A stretch of 64,000 bases of DNA from Nageia nagi (Eukaryota > Plantae > Pinophyta). Location: positions 170,004,001 to 170,068,000 of the forward strand of contig JBITNC010000001.1 in the NCBI GenBank assembly GCA_050084985.1. The letters run 5' to 3'. Positions 63,801 to 64,000 of this stretch are shown here, one piece after another. The translations under genes and the position numbers were made by a program. The notes under the pieces are model-generated. The model was not told where the DNA came from, did not search any database, and saw only the letters and a program-made list of their open reading frames with translations. The stretch's first letter is position 1. Each line of letters starts with the position of its first letter.

Positions 63801-64000
63801 TAGAAATCATGATTTCTATTATCATTTTTTATTGCAAAAAATATATTATTTTATCATAAATGACTATAATTTAATCAACCTATCTAGGCTTTAATTGCAT
63901 TTGACCATGATATACCATTATTTTTATCTAAATGAATAAACATTATCATCCAATAGATGGAAATAGGCTCACGGGCATCGAAAATTCTAATTACCAAGCC

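Overview
AT-rich eukaryotic (plant) genomic DNA, probably from a large gymnosperm-type genome. That is inferred from the giant TE-filled introns and the TE families present. One real host gene spans almost the whole window on the minus strand. It encodes a probably plastid-targeted FMN/heme-binding split-barrel (pyridoxamine 5'-phosphate oxidase-like, CREG/HugZ-like) protein. Six exons were resolved (62908-62579, 45943-45746, 45452-45350, 45215-45136, 44994-44917, 24348-24257), all with GT-AG junctions and consistent phases. Its large introns are 16.6 kb, 20.6 kb and apparently >24 kb, and the 3' exons were not found in the window. The rest is degenerate, often nested transposable elements: hAT transposase relics, two non-autonomous Ty3/gypsy elements with both LTRs and TSDs, solo LTRs, a tandem LTR-internal-LTR-internal-LTR non-autonomous element, an RTE/RTEX-like LINE, an L1 relic and Tat/Ogre-like fragments. 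The most unusual feature is a 4.7-kb solo-LTR-like unit (39951-44624) with no gag/pol. It carries a ~2.9-kb antisense ORF whose putative promoter is preceded by seven palindromic operator-like hairpins. Other LTRs here also carry phased motif arrays (20-bp and 30-bp periods). Most entries in the six-frame ORF track are spurious or are pseudogene fragments.
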